From the human T2T-CHM13v2.0 reference genome, Homo sapiens, in assembly GCF_009914755.1 (NCBI RefSeq), contig NC_060932.1: DNA of 64,000 bases. The stretch is one strand, 5' to 3'. Below, in pieces: positions 20,317 through 42,380 of the stretch. Position 1 is the first letter of the stretch, and each line of letters starts with the position of its first letter. The notes under the pieces are model-generated. The model searched no databases. It had not been told where the DNA came from and worked only from the letters and a program-made list of their open reading frames with translations. Position numbers and translations under genes: made by a program.

Positions 20317-20603
20317 TTAGGTTGTAGAGGAAACAAACCATTCTCATAAAACAGCAGGGTGCTTAGCATATATAAGTGTTATTGATCGACTATAGCATTG
20401 CTTTATCGATTACTAATAATTTGCATGATGATGGAGGGGTATGCAAAGGACCACCAGAGCACAGAGTCAAGGAAGGCTGACTTCTCTCAGTCTCTGTGGG
20501 TCAGAACCTGAATACGCTGTCTCTAGACCTCATAGCAACCCTGTGATGTAGACGCTATTATCGGCACCTCCATTTTATAAATTTGAAAACTACTGCTCAG
20601 ACA

Positions 20604-20920
<317 letters not shown>

Positions 20921-21922
20921 CTACTGCTCAGAAAAAAAAAAAAAAAAGAAGAAGCAGCAGCAGCAATGAGTCAGATAGCAGGGCTGGAATTCAAGGCTGC
21001 ATCTGTCCAACTGCAAAGCCTGTGCTCCTTCCTCTCCCCAGCGCAGTCTCTGATGCACTCATATCCCATACAAAAAAAAAAAAAAAAACCAAACAGAGAA
21101 CACAGTTTGGCTTCTCCCCTTCCTGCACTGCACCAGATGGGGTGAGCGCTGACCTTGCGTGGGAAGCTTTCAGGAAGAGCTTCCTGTGTGTTGGCAGAGC
21201 AGCTGCAGTGAGCCTGGGAGCAGTTCCCCCTTGAAAAGCCCCCCACCTCCCTGGTCGGCTAAGGGCTCCCTCCCAGGAGGGGCTCACTCACGCTGGAGAA
21301 GCAGAAACACACATTAAGGCCAGGGGTGGATGCACAGTCATGGGGGCGTGGAAGCTGATATCACTGAAGAGACACTGAAGCCCAGGTTCCTGCCCACATC
21401 ACAGCTGACCACCCTGCAGATCTGTCTGGAGAAGCTGGGATGAGAGAAAGTGAGACCCAGGGGACAGGTGCCTGGGGTAATTTTTGATCCAGTAAGATGT
21501 GCTTCTGGGAGCTATGGGCCTCTTACATCGCCAGGGCATGCTGGGCCTCAAGAATATGGAGAGTGGCGGAATGGAGAAAGGGTCTGACAGACCTGGCCTC
21601 CAATCCCAGCTCCCCACGTGACAACCCCATGGCCCCAAGCAGGCTGCTCAACCTCCCAGAGTCTCAGTTTCCTCCTCTGTAAAGTGGAAGAGCAGAAGTC
21701 AGGGGCAGGGGATGCCCCTAGGGAAGACATCCAGAAGGAAAGCAGGGGTAGAGGAGGGGGCTGAAGACAGATTCTCACCTCCAAATTCTGTCCCGTATAA
21801 AGTCAAATGGGCCCTTGCCCTCTGCCGAGGCCACACAGTCACCACTTACAGCTTGCCCAGGAGTGAGCAAAACAAATCCGTGGTCACGATTCAGGAACAT
21901 TCTGGGCTCACAAGATAATTAG

Positions 21923-22297
<375 letters not shown>

Positions 22298-23202
22298 TAG
22301 ACACGTAATGTAGGAATGCAGAGATAGGGGGAAGAGGGCTCCCGCAGTGGGTGCCCATCTCCTGTGAGGACGTGGGAACAACTCTTCCTAGGTTGGGGAG
22401 CATCCCAGCCCCTCCTGCTCACATAGATCTCCCCCACTTTACCCCACCAGGGTGTTCCAGGGCTCTGTGGCACAAGAGGCAGTAACAGGGCCTCTTCTAG
22501 GTCTCACCCATACTCAGTGCCCACAAGTTCCCCCGAGTGGAAGTGAGCAAGCCCTGTCTGGAGGCTGAGCTGCCTAGAGCAGGACCTCACCGTGGGGATC
22601 TGTCCCAGGGATACTGCTCCCTGGCCTGGGCCTGAAGCCCACTCCCACCCCCACATCCCCTCCTTCAAAATACTGTGTGTGAAGGAAAATCCTCCCCTCC
22701 ACAAGGCTCAGCAGGTCCAGGCCAGGGACAATCCCCCACCCTCCTGACCTGAGATACACCTTTGTTCTGGACCTGGTAGCAAAGGCTCCAGTCACAGTTC
22801 ATCCAGAGCTAACGAGTACTCTGTACCTGCTACTGTCCCTACAACAGCCTTTAGAGGGAAAAAGTGTTCACATTTTCTGGGGAATTCTGCCCCAAGTCAT
22901 TCATTATCTCCTTTACTTTTCACAACTGCCTTAGATAAGTATTACTAAGCATGTTTTACAGATGGGTAAATTGAGTCCACAAGGTGATGGCTATCCAGCT
23001 CCAGTCTACCCAGCAAGTAAGGGGCAGAGTCAGGATTCAAACCCAGCTTGTCTGGCTCTGAAACGGTGCTCACAGCACCACAGCACCTGCTGGAACAGGC
23101 TTGTGTCTTCGTGCCTGCCCTGAGGGCTACTAGGAAGAGAGTCTAGGTGAGGCCCACAGGGCTTCTCCCTGCCATAAATTCTTCACTTTATAAAGACCAT
23201 GA

Positions 23203-25975
<2,773 letters not shown>

Positions 25976-27494
25976 AGACTTGATTCTGTTCAAAATGTAC
26001 ATATTTGAATATGCTTTCACCAAAATAGTAACGTGAACAATAAAAAATTAATATTTTCATATATGTTTACAAAACAACTGTTTGCTTCTATGGCTGTATT
26101 TCTATTCCAAATCTTCTATTAAATGAAAAGTACAAACTATAATTAATTAATATCGAATATATTAATTTTATATCAAAATATATTAATTTTATATCAAATT
26201 TAAATATAGTTGAAATTTTTAAATTTTATGTCAAAATTATAATTAAATCTTGCTTAAATTTTAACAAAATTATTTGCATTCTCATATTTAATATTTTTCT
26301 AGTCAGCAATGTCAAGAATTGGTGTCATTCTTCACATGTTACTTCTACCTGTATATAATGTACACAACTTTTGCATGTACAAAATCTGTATACCTGCATA
26401 TAATATACACAACTTTTGCATATACAGTATGCAAATCCAAAGACAATGGTTGAATGTTTCAAAATATCCTTCAACTGCCATGTGCAACGTGAATATCATG
26501 CTAAATGAGATAATGGTGATGGTTGCATAACTCTAAATATACTACAAATCGTTGAATCATACATTTTTACAAAAAATAAAAAAAAGGGAACTGACTCACT
26601 CTTGAAACTTCAGAGTCAGAGTCAGGCTGACCGAGGCATATCTGTTGAGGACTTTCACTCCATCTCTTAGCCTTACATTCAAGTCTCACATAGCTCTCCC
26701 CTTGTGATGACAAAATGCCCCCCTCCACACAGTTTCCATCCTGTCCCTCCCATATAGAAAAGCCTGCGCCTTTTCCAGCAACTGAAGCCAAAGTCTCCTT
26801 GGCTTTGATTGGCCGGGCTCGGGTTCTATGCCTGGCCTGAAACTGGAGGTAGAGTCAACCCAAAACACAGGGACATGAAGTGGAAGGGGGCTTGTTGCCA
26901 GTAGAAAGAGAAGGGATACTGGAGATCCCCTCCTCGCCTCATTATTCTGGTAATAGAACCCCGCTCTTCCCTGAGGAACACGCCTCACCTACATTTCATG
27001 GGCCCAGTAGGGTGGCTAAGGGTGGGCCCAACTTGAGATGTTGGCAAGGTTGGTACCCAGCTTCCTGGGCCATTGACTTTCTCCCAGAAATGCCACTCTG
27101 GAGTCTCAGAGAGAAAAGGCAACCAGAACGGAGGCATTTCCATGAGACAGTGCTCCCAAGCTCCCGCATGAGAACCAGCATGGCTCCTGCAGAGCTGGCC
27201 GGGCTGCCTGGCTGCTGTCCCTCAGTTCTAGGATTGTGCTGTGTCCTCCGCTTTCTGGTTATCTTGAATTGGCCAGAGTTTACCTGTATTGCTAACAAAT
27301 GACCCTGACTGATAGAGACACCTACCCATACAGTTGCTGCAGATCATTGACTGAGGTAAATATTGTACAACAGTTAAAATGAAAAAAATAAAAATAAAAA
27401 AGGATAATTGGCAACATATATGAAGTTATGGGCCCCCCAATTAATAATAGATGTTATTATTGTTGTTTCTCTCCCAAGTGTCTTGAGAACATTA

Positions 27495-29070
<1,576 letters not shown>

Positions 29071-29649
29071 ATTCTGTTGCTTTTAGGGACATTGTTAATG
29101 TCCCAAACACCTTCAAGCCTCACATCATCCATTCAAAATCGAACCAGTGTTTGGAATGGATGAGGGACAGCAGTGCCTCATGGCAGGAAATGAGCCACAG
29201 TGACGCACAGAAATCTCTTCCATGCGTGAAAACAGCCAGGTAGGCAGCAGGCCTGGGCAAGAGATTGATGGATCTAGTTATAACACTTGAGATCGCCTCG
29301 CATGACTATAATGTTCATTCCCTCATTCAAGCCACATGCGTTGAGCCCCAGGAATCGCTGCACAGCATGCTAAACCCCAGGTTGCTCACAGGCTGGTGGG
29401 GAATTATGACACAAAGCCATCCAAGCCATATTGCTGCAGAGGTGATGTTTGCATTGAGTGTTAAAAGTAGACAAGGTCAGGGAAGGACATCCCTGGCAGA
29501 AGGCACAGCATGTGTAGAGACACAGGAGTGTGAGATGACATGTCCTTTGGGGAGGAGGGCAGGCTTGGCTGGGTCATTAACAAGGCAGGCCAGACTTGGC
29601 CTGCCAGAATGTGGGGCTTGAGATTGTGGAGGAGAGAACAAATGGAATG

Positions 29650-30095
29650 TGAGTCAGTAAGGCTGCTAGCTACAGAAACCAACCCAAGAAGAGGTTTACT
29701 GGAAGGTGTATCAGTAGGATTAGCTTCAGCTGTGGTTAAGAGTCCCAACTACAATAGGGAAAATACAGGGGTTAATTCTGTCACACAAAACCCAGAGGCA
29801 GAAAGAAGAGAACTGATCTGGAGGCTCCATTAGTGTATCAGAGCCCCAGACTCTGTGCTTTTGCTCCACCAAACATGACTTCCATTCTCAAGATCATCTC
29901 AAGATCTAGGATGGCTGCTAGAGCTCCGGCCATTGCTTCCACGTTCCATGCAGCAGGAAGGAAGAAGGAGGAGGAGCCAAATTGCACTTTCCCGAAGGCT
30001 CTACCTAATGCTCTTGTATACATTCCTTAAGCAGGAAGCCGCTCACACGGCCACACCAGCTTTAAGAGAGGATGGGAAATGAAGTCTTTTAGCCA
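29650..30095 (-). mobile_element. Old MLT1-type LTR fragment
   Basis: AGGATGGCTGCTAGAGCTCCGGCCATTGCTTCCACGTTCCA..GCAGGAAG; GGGAAATGAAGTCTTT. Confidence 0.5.
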
Positions 30096-30140
30096 GCAAA
30101 TCACAAATTAGAAAAAAAAAATTGGAGAGAATGAAATTAA

Positions 30141-30648
<508 letters not shown>

Positions 30649-31124
30649 GGAATCTCTTCTTTCAGTGATCTTGTCTTCCTATCACTGCTCAAGAATGAAA
30701 CTTCCACCTAGGTGCATTCAATCGGCTGGTGTAGTTCCACGCCCTGGCTGCCAGGAGAGAGCAGGAGAATCCTTGCTGGGTTTCTATAGTGGGAGGAAGA
30801 GTCCTGTCCGCTCCCTGGGAGTCTCATACTGGTGGAAGAGGGTTGGTGTAAGGCAGCCACAAGAGACAAGCATCCCCCATGGATCCACACTTTAGTTCAT
30901 TTTATAGAAATTCTCCATCTCTGAAGGGTCCAGAACCTTCCAGACTGAGCTCATGCTCCATCTTACCGTGGTTCCTCTTGCATTTTCTTCCACTGTCGTT
31001 CCCCTCTTCTCTCTTTTTCTCCCACCTCATAGCCGGTGAGATGATGTCAGAGCTGGAGAAAAGGGATGGACATACATTGAGCTCTTACTGTGTACCGCCC
31101 TCCACACCAGGTACTCTGCATGAA

Positions 31125-31802
<678 letters not shown>

Positions 31803-32596
31803 TCTGTCCACATGCCATCTCATTTGATAAGATGACACTGTCATGATTTGGAAACAAATAAGACAGGGCCATTTAAAACAAAGCTCCACCTTAGACCAGC
31901 AAAATGAAATTCATTCTAAGCACCGATTAATTCTGTGCCTACTTTTTGTTTCCTCTGCCATGAATCTCAATGATCATGACTACAGTCTTTGAGCACCTAT
32001 TAGATCTCAGGCATGTGAGTTCACATTCTCTCATTGTCACTTACGTATTAGATGTTATTATTATTTCATTTTATAGATTAGAAAACTGAGGCACAGCAAG
32101 GTTAAGAGACTGCCTAGGGTCAAACCTTTTCTCCCCTGCCCTAGGTTCTCTTGTCTGGCTTGGTGTGTACCTGCCTCCTTCTAACATGAAACAACCCAGA
32201 AGCCAGCAATTATGTCATCTGGCTTGTTGTCACTTTAAATTACAATTGGTCTTCATCTCTACTTCTGCTGCTTCTTCTGAAATGTCATTTTTTCTTTAGC
32301 TTGAGCAATTTTCCTTCTCATCTTCTCCAGCTTTATGCTATTGCATTTAACTGTGACAGTGATTAAGCCCTTTTCTTGAAAGTTATCTAGCTAAAGCAAG
32401 TGGTCGTTTATAACCTTCACCAGATAATTAATGTGTGTGACAACCCACAAACACTGCACATAGTTTAGCAGCGGGGCTGGGAGGAGTTCATGAGCACCAG
32501 AGCTACCAATAAATGACAGGGGAAAAGTCTGCACCCACTCCCCTGAACACCCTAACACTCGGCAGACGCATCGCCTAGTTCCCACAGCATCCTTGT

Positions 32597-32953
32597 TGTA
32601 TGAGGCCATTCTCGCATTGCTATAAAGAGATACCGATTCTGCAGGCTGTAAGGAAGCAAAGTGGCTTCTGCTTCTGGAGAGGCTTCAGGAAACTTACAGT
32701 CAGGGTGGAAGGCAAAGGGGAAGCAGGCCGTCTTACATGCCTGGAGCAGGAGCAAGGGTGGGGGGAGATGCTACACAACTTTAAACAACTAGATCTCCTG
32801 AGAACTCAATCAGGAGACAGCACTAGGGAATAGTGCTAAGCCATTAGAAACCGCCCCCATGATCTAGTCACCTCCCACCAGGCCCCACCTCCAGCATTGG
32901 GGATTACATTTCAATATGAGATTTGGATGGGGACACAGATCCAAACCATATCA
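32597..32953 (-). mobile_element. MSTA/MSTB (ERVL-MaLR) solo LTR
   Basis: TG...CA ends, 5-bp TSD CTTGT on both sides, GAGATTTGGATGGGGACACAGATCCAAACCATATCA terminus. Confidence 0.88.
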
Positions 32954-33945
32954 CTTGTCAACAGTGTTGGTAACCAGGATGGTCACCCAAAGGGGGAGAC
33001 TGAATGAAGCAAGGCAAGTGACTCAATTGTAGTATCCAGCAAATAAACACCAGAGCCGTGTGGGCACTGGAGTTCTAGGCAGAATCCAACTGAGAGTGTG
33101 GATGATCTCACGCTGGATCCGGCATCCCTGCAGTTTTCCGCAGGCAGGTCTGAAACCATCGGCGATTGCTCCTTAGCTCGGCTCCCTCTATCCTGTCCCC
33201 ATGCTCCCGTTACCAGGTTGGAACCGACTCAACCCTCATTCAGCAGCAGCCCATGCGGGTGCCAGTGCCCACTCCCCTGGTCCCTGAGGCCCTTCTGAAT
33301 CTGGCCTCTACCCACTGCTTTAGCCGCCTCCTCCAGCCCCCATAAACTCTCAGCTCCACCCCTCAAAGTCATCTCCCACCCCTCTCAGCTCTTCTGCCTC
33401 TGCTCAAGCTGCTCCCGCTGCAACAAAGGCCCTTGGCCCATTCCTAGGCCTGGCCCGCCCTCCTCACCCATCTTTCTCAACTCTGCTCAGTTGTCACTTC
33501 CTCCAGGAAGCCCCCAGCTCAGGTTCCCCAGTCTGGGTGCAATGCTGTGCTCTATGCTCCCAAAGAGTCCCCATGTCTAGCTCTGTCATCCTTTGTTTTA
33601 ATTATTCTCTTGCCCCCTCCCCACCCCTAGGTTCTACCCTGGGCGTTCCTAAAGGCAGGGAATGTTTTTATTTTTCTTAACTGTCATTTGCACCCAGCAT
33701 GACATGCCTGGCACCCAACCCCCCAAAGACAGTAACACTCTGCAGATGATATCTAGTCTTTCTTACAGTGTTTCTAACCAGTATGATCATACTAAGTTGG
33801 AAACTGAGGCATAGCAAGGTAAATGACTCACTTGTGGCATTCAGCAAATCAGCACAGAGGCACGTGGGGAATGCAGGAGATCTGGGCAGAACCTGGCTAA
33901 GAATGTAGATTACCACATTCTGAATTCAGTGTTTGTTGAGTGACT

Positions 33946-34190
33946 GGCGTGATCTCAGCTCACTGCAACCTCTGCCTCCCAGGTTCAAGAGATTCTCATG
34001 CCTCAGCCTCCTGAGTAACTGAGACTACTGGTGCCGCCACCACGCCCAGCTAATTTTTTTTTGTATTTTTTAGTAGAGACAGGGTTTCACTATGTTGGCC
34101 AGGCTGGTATCAAACTCCTGGCCTCAAGTGATCCTTCCACCTCAGCCTCCCAAAGCGCTGGGATTACAGACGTGAGCTGCTGCACCCCGC
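33946..34190 (-). mobile_element. Truncated Alu
   Basis: Reverse-complement Alu lacking its tail end. Confidence 0.85.
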
Positions 34191-36776
34191 TGTTTTATAT
34201 TTCTTGACTTGCCTAACCTGTAAACTCCTTAGGATAAGAAGGACTTAAGCTTTCTAAAATTGAGACTTGTTTGCAGCCCAGAACCACCTCCACCAGGGGC
34301 CTAGTAACTCTGGGTTTGCCATGGTTGGTAATTGCCATCTCCACCTAGAAAAAACCCAGGTGACTCAGTGGGGTGGAAATGCAATCTATGCCTCAGAGAC
34401 AGGAAAAGCAGCAGCTCTCTGGTTTTTGGTGAAAAGCCATCGCAGGCTTTTCTTTGCCTTGGAGGAAAGAATACAAGAATACAGAGCTGGGAGTCATAAG
34501 CCGGTTTGCCCTCTTCAGCCTCACTTTCCTGGTCTGTCAACTATGAACTCACAAAAGGGTGACATTTAGCCTGTGACAGGCCATTAGCGGTCCCCACCGA
34601 CAGCTCTCTCCGTGGGCAAGGATGAAGCCTTGTTTGCACAAGAAGTGCAAAGCTGGCAGTGGGTGCTCAGCAAATAAATCATTTTGCCTGTTTTAACACA
34701 ACGCTTTGGGAAAATTCCCTGCCTCCAACAGAGTGACTTATAGTAGCCAGCAGATTTTGAAGACAAACAAATTGCAAGGCACTTGGTGTTACGAACCAGC
34801 TGAGATTTCATGTAGATGAGACCAGAGCCCCAGATCATTCTGTGAGAAGCAGGCCTGGCCAAGGCACCCTTGACAAGGGTGTTGGGATCAAAGGATGCTG
34901 AGTTAGGATCATGGCAGGCACAAGGTGCCGGTGAATGAGGGGTTGTAAGGCAAGAATTTGATCTCAAACCCAGCCAGAACACTGTGTACTCATCACCCTT
35001 CGGAATCCTCCTTTGGTGGGAGTGGGTGGCCTGTACTGAAATGTGTGGATTTGTTTGTATTTCTCAAAAGAACATAGGATTTGAGAGCTGGAAGGGATGT
35101 GTCAGCCTATATTCCCTTTCTGTTCACGGATATGCCAAGTCGAGGTTTCTTGTTCAAATAAACATAGTTGTTTGCCTTAAAGGGTTGGGAGGCAGAAAGC
35201 GTGCCCAGCTGTGGACACCGCCCTCCAGGTCATCCCTGAAGATGCATGAGTTCTGGCATACAGATAGCACCTACTGCACCCTGCTGTCTCCCTCCAATTA
35301 AGTCCAGGTACAGGTATTCACTGAGCACCTACTATAGGCTGAGTGCTAGGCTGCATGCCCTGGAAGAGCAAAGAAGCAGAGGTCACTTAGGCTCCAGTAG
35401 AGCATTCACCAGGTGCCAGCAGAGCCCAGAGGCCTGTGCAGACCACAGTGTGAGCTTCAGGGGTCAGGACTGAGGAGGTGCCGGGCCTCGAGGGGCAGGG
35501 AGTGATGAGGGCGTGGCCCCAGGCCCAGCTTTTCTCCCCTCCTTCTGGGCTTCCTGCACTTCTGATGATTCTCATGCAGTCTCCTTGGTCACCCTGCCCT
35601 GATGGCTCCCAAATCTGGACCTTGGGCCACATCTCTGCCCAGAGTTCCAGACCCAGAGGTCCAGCTGGTGTCTCAAGCTCAACATGCTCAACATACCCCA
35701 AAGAGAAGGCCTCCCCTCTTCCACCAGGCTGCTCCTGCTCCTGGAACCTGTACCCCCACCCAGAACCTCCCCCAGCTCTTCTCTCTGCCCCCATTCCCTT
35801 CTTCCAATCAGCTACCAGTCCCTGTCCATTCTACCTCCTCAATCTTTTCTAGCCCATCCCCCCATGATCTCCTTCTTTATCGGTGCTGTTCTAGGTCAGG
35901 CTTTCTTCCCTTCTGTTGGGTGTTATGGTAATAGTTTCCCAGAATGGCCTCTTGCTCCCCACAAGCCATGCTCCAAGAGCACAAACTCCTGTTCAGACCC
36001 TCGGTGGCTCCTCATCACCTCCGAAAAGGTGAAGAAGCCAGGCCCACCAGGCAAAGGCCACCCACGCAGGGCTGCCCTAGTTCCTGGGCTACCTGAAGCC
36101 TAGTTCTTGGCCCTCCCTTTCACTGTGAGAGCTAACCTATCTACATCTGTCCAAGGCATCCCTTTTGAGCTAAAGTCAGCCAGAGTTCGTTTCTGTTGCT
36201 TGCACCCAAATCACATGACTGATCCCTCCTCTCAGGCCTTCTGTGTGCTGGCCCTACTGCTCGGCGTGCCTGCTCTGAGCCTGTCCACCTGGTGAGTCAC
36301 GACGTGTCCCTGAGAGATTCCAGAGGTCCTTACTCTCTGTTCCTGCTCTTTCTGGTACTCCCCTTAGGACAGCGACAGTCACGCCATGTCATGCCTGGGT
36401 CTCAGAGGCAGAACCTGGGAGCCTGGGCCCGCGGGACTCAGTGGTAGGGTCTCTGTCTCTCTCATCTGCCACGCCCCCTTAGAAGCCCATGTGTAGCCCC
36501 GTAAGGACACCCGCTCCCCAGCCGCTGCTGGGACACGTTTAAGAGAAGAGACGGCGGGTGTGCGCCACCACCTTCACCACGTCGTGTCTCGATCCTGGAC
36601 AGAGCGTCAATGCCCAGAGCGTTTTCTCTCCCACAGGAAAGGGACAGTACTCACTGCCTGTTACCAAACTCTGCTTTCTCTTCCCAGAACGATGGTGAAT
36701 CCGCACTTTACTCACGTGGAACCAGGGTTAGGGTGGGGTGGGGGAGAGCACACGTCTTAGAACTCCAGGCAGCTGG

Positions 36777-37039
36777 CAGGGTGCCATGGCTCACGCCTGT
36801 AATCCCAGCACCTTGGGAGGCCAAGGTGGGTCGATCACCTGAGGTCAGGGGTTTGAGACCAGCCTGGACAACATGGCGAAACCCCGTCTCTACTAAAAAT
36901 ACAAAAATTAGCCAGGCGTTGTGGCGCACGCCTGTAATCCCTGCTACTTGGGAGGCTGAGGCAGGAGAATCGCTTGAACCCAGGAGGGGGTGGGCCTGGG
37001 CAACAGAGTGAGACTCCCTCTCGAAAAAAAAAAAAAAAA
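36777..37039 (+). mobile_element. AluS with a deletion in the right arm
   Basis: CCCAGGAGG joined almost directly to GCCTGGGCAACAGAG. Confidence 0.88.
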
Positions 37040-37689
37040 GTATCAGACAGCCATCTTAGCTCTGCTGTTTCCTTGTGTGTGACCTTGGGCAAGTCACCTA
37101 ACTTTTGTGAGTCTTGATGGCTTTGTCTGAAGAATTAGAAGGGTGGTGCTTCCTGGTAGAACTGTTATGAAGAGCAACAAGACCCATGTGTGCCATTCAC
37201 AGCGGGTGTTTGATACGTGACCATCGTTAGTAGTCCTCGGTAGATGGGAATGCTCCCCAACTGTTCTCAAACTCCCAAGTGTGAGCGAAGGGGAGCATTG
37301 CTCTGACCTCTCCTGTGCCATCTTTCTGGGGGACCAGCTTGTCTGATCTGGGAACCCTGAGACTGGGCGTCGGCACTGGGCATGCTCAGCCCCATCGGCC
37401 CTTTCCCTTACCAGCCTGCCCTGTCCTCAGGTTGCCAGCCTTGGTGGAGGGTGAGGGGGACACAGGGAGCTTCCACAACAATCCCCAGCAAGCCTGCAGC
37501 AGGAGGCATGCTGAATTCTTATGGGGGTGTATGAGTGTGGCTGTGAGTCAAGCCTTCTTCTCAAATTCAGCCCAAACGGTGATAAAGCTGATCTTCAGAT
37601 CTCCAATTTCCTTCTCATTTGGTCCAGATCGCAAAAGGGAAGGAGGAAAGTGTCAATTATCTAGCAAACGCTTGTATAACACTTCTATG

Positions 37690-37905
37690 TGCCAGGCCCC
37701 ATTGCGATTGCTTTACCAGTCTTAACCCATTTAAACTTCCCAGCAACCCTATGAGGTAGTTACTCCTGTTACTTCCATTTTACAGATGAGAACACTGAGG
37801 CCCAGATTGGGTAACTGGCCCAGGAGCCCACAGCTGATAGGTGCAGAGCCAGGTTTGGAACCCAGGTAACACAGCTCCGAAGTCCCTGTCTTTCCCACTG
37901 CTGCA
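37690..37905 (-). mobile_element. MIR
   Basis: AACCCTATGAGGTAG...CCATTTTACAGATGAGAACACTGAGGCCCAGA..GCAGAGCCAGGTTTGGAACCCAGG. Confidence 0.75.
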
Positions 37906-38774
37906 GCCCTCCCATGGCCCCTGTCAGTGCATTCCGTAACATTTACTCCATCCACCAAGCACGCCGGCCTGCAAAATATATTAGTGTTGTACTCCTATTT
38001 TAAGACAAAACAATGGCTGGGAGGAAATAGATAAGGAGTTTGTGCTTCCTGGAGCTCTGGGGCTCGTCTGGCCCTCCCAACAGTGCAGATCAGGGTGACC
38101 ACCGGCAGGACGGGTAAGGCCCGAGAGGCTGCAGGGAGTGTGGGGGCGGCTCCGTACTGGTCAGCCCTCCTGGAGGCAGAAATTACTAACTGGACATGAA
38201 AATACATGAGCCACTGCGAAGAAATCTAATAAGCACAGGGAAACATACCAAAAGAGGAAAGGGGGGAAATGTAGCTACTAACCAAAGACAGGGAGGCAAA
38301 GGCTGAGCAGTGGGCCCAGGACTGCTGCCTGCCTTACAGGAAACTGTGTCGGAAGAGCAGTCTTAGGCACATGGAGATGTGCTAGCTATTCAGAAGCACG
38401 TGCTCATTTTGCTCTTGAATAGTTAATGTAAATTCAGTGAACAGGTACATATGGCAGGGGGGAAAATAGCAACAGCTCATCCAGGAAGGAAGCTGGGCCT
38501 GGCCTTGCAAATGCCGAGACGGGGGAAGGGCCCGATAGCAGCACAGCTTTCCAGGTCTGACAGCTCCAGCTCAGGGTGTGGCCCAGCTCACCCTCTCTCC
38601 AGCTGTGTCGCCTTGAAGCTCTGAACTGGTTTCTCCATCTGGGGAGGGGGCCTGCGGGCACGTGAACAGCTCTCTGTTGAGATTCTTGTCAGTGTGAAGG
38701 GTGCAGCTGGGGACCTGGTGTGTGGGGTGGCATGGCATCAGGCCGATGGGGTAGGGGATAAGAGAAGTATTTCT

Positions 38775-39083
38775 GGCCGGGCGTGGTGACTCATGCCTGT
38801 CATCTCAGCACTTTGGGAGGCCAAGGCAAGCAGATCACTGGAGGTCAGGAGTTCGAGACCAGCCTGGCCAACATGGTGAAACCCCATCTCTACTAAAAAT
38901 ACAAAAATTAGCTGGGCGTGGTGGCGCATGTCTGTAATCCCCGCTACTTGGGAGGCTGACGCATGAGAATCACTTGAACCCAGGAGGCAGAGGTGGCAGT
39001 GAGCCAAGATGATGCCACTGTACTCTAGCCTGGGCAACAGAGTGAGACTCCCTCTCAGGAAAAAAACAGACAAAAAAAAAAAG
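38775..39083 (+). mobile_element. AluS with TSD AGAAGTATTTCT
   Basis: Full Alu; TSD on both flanks. Confidence 0.92.
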
Positions 39084-39846
39084 AAGTATTTCTGACAAGG
39101 GCCTGGACTTCTCGGTTGTTTTCTTGGGGCCATTATGGCCCAAGAAAATGCTGGCCGCCCAGAATGTGCTGGACAAGCCCTCCCAGAGACTATTGTGAGC
39201 ACTGCTGGAGACTGGCTGGGGCCTGACCCAGAGCTGCCATCCTGACGGATGGGCAGGGCCACGTCTGCGGGAAGTGGGCGGCCAGGCCCAGGCTGCTGTG
39301 TCTGGCAGATGGAGCAGAGTGTGCCTGTAGGACTGGCTTCTGGAGCATGTGACCACTGCAGTCACAGAAGGCCTCATGTTCAGAAGGGGGACCTGTGATT
39401 GGGGGTTAACCCTCTGCAGTCACCAACTTGAAATTCTTAATAATTGTATCCTTGAATCTGTGTTGTGGAAGCAAAGTCTGATAAGAAAATGGAGCACACA
39501 CCGGGGCTTGGAGCCTCAGCTCACACATGGCCCCGCCCCGTCCCCTCCCTGTCTCCCTGTGTTAGTCCCGGTGCCCTGGGCATGCCCAGCTCATTCTTCC
39601 TATGCTCACCTGTAGTGGTGGCAACACTGCCTCCCACAGTGTCTGGGGTGGGGCACCGCAGTGGCTGTCCCCATCCTTGGCTGGCAGCAGCATGGCACCT
39701 ACCTCTGAGCCAGGTACCAAACATGTCTGGGTACTGAGGGTGCATCTTTTGGGGGTTGTCCTTCACCATGGGTTGAGGTGATGACCATGCAAGGGGAGAT
39801 AGTTTCCATTTTTCCCCTTTTCCCCTCCTACTGGAGTGTCACACTT

Positions 39847-40137
39847 CCTTTTTATTTTGAGACAGGATCTCACTCTGTCTCCCAGGCTGGAGTGCAGTGG
39901 TGTGATCTCAGCTCACTGAATCCATCTCCCAGATTCAAGCAATTCTCCTGCCTCAGCCACCTGAGTAGCTGGGATTACAGGCACCCACCACCACACCCAG
40001 CTAATTTTTGTATTTTTAGTAGAGATGGGATTTTGCCGTGTTGGCCAGGCTGGTCTTGAACTCCTGATCTCAAGTGATCTGCCTGCCTCAGCCTCCCAAA
40101 GTGCTGGGATTACAGGTGTGAGCCACTGCGCCCAGCC
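39847..40137 (-). mobile_element. AluS, apparently inserted in a MER91-like hAT fossil (~39350-40193)
   Basis: Alu is clear; flanks CTTGAAATTCTTAATAATT and TTTGCATTGAGTTCCACAAATTTTGTAGCTGG resemble MER91. Confidence 0.7.
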
Positions 40138-40781
40138 AAGGAGTGCCACATTTTTGCTTTGCATTGAGTTCCACAAATTTTGTAGCTGGCACCATGTGGC
40201 TGGGACAATATTGAGAAGCCACAACCTTAAACTCTGCTCGGTACTGTCCACAGCAGAAGGGGAGAGCTCTTCTGAGGCCTCTTGCTTCTCCATGGGGCAA
40301 CAGTTTGGCATAGAGATGGTATAGCTCAAACCATCAACATTCTCAGCCTCTGCTTGGAGCCACCATCCATTGACCTCTGCTTGCAGGAGGGCATTTCCTA
40401 GGGGATATGGCAACTGTGCCGAATCTTTCAGAAGGAGCAGGGCTGGCCCAGGGCTGGAAAAGTCTCCCTAGGCTGGAGGGAAAACATTTGCTAACATGGA
40501 ACTGTTTTGATGTTGGTAGAATCCTGGCATTGGACAGGCCAAGTGCAGAGGCTTTGTGTCAGGGAAGGCCACTGAGGACTCTGGAGGGGACAGGTTTAGA
40601 TTGCATGGCCTTGGCAAGCAAGCCGCAAAAGTTTAGATCTTATCTTTTGGCTAGTTCTCAAACCTTGTCCCGTGGCCTGAAATGGAGGCCAAAATGACTT
40701 GCTTGAAGCAAGATATTCCTTGAAATTTTATAAAATTTCCTTACAATACATGAGAATTGTATGGTAAAAAGAATTGTTTTA

Positions 40782-41240
<459 letters not shown>

Positions 41241-41271
41241 CTAGTATAGGAACAATTCTACATAAGCTAAT

Positions 41272-42380
<1,109 letters not shown>

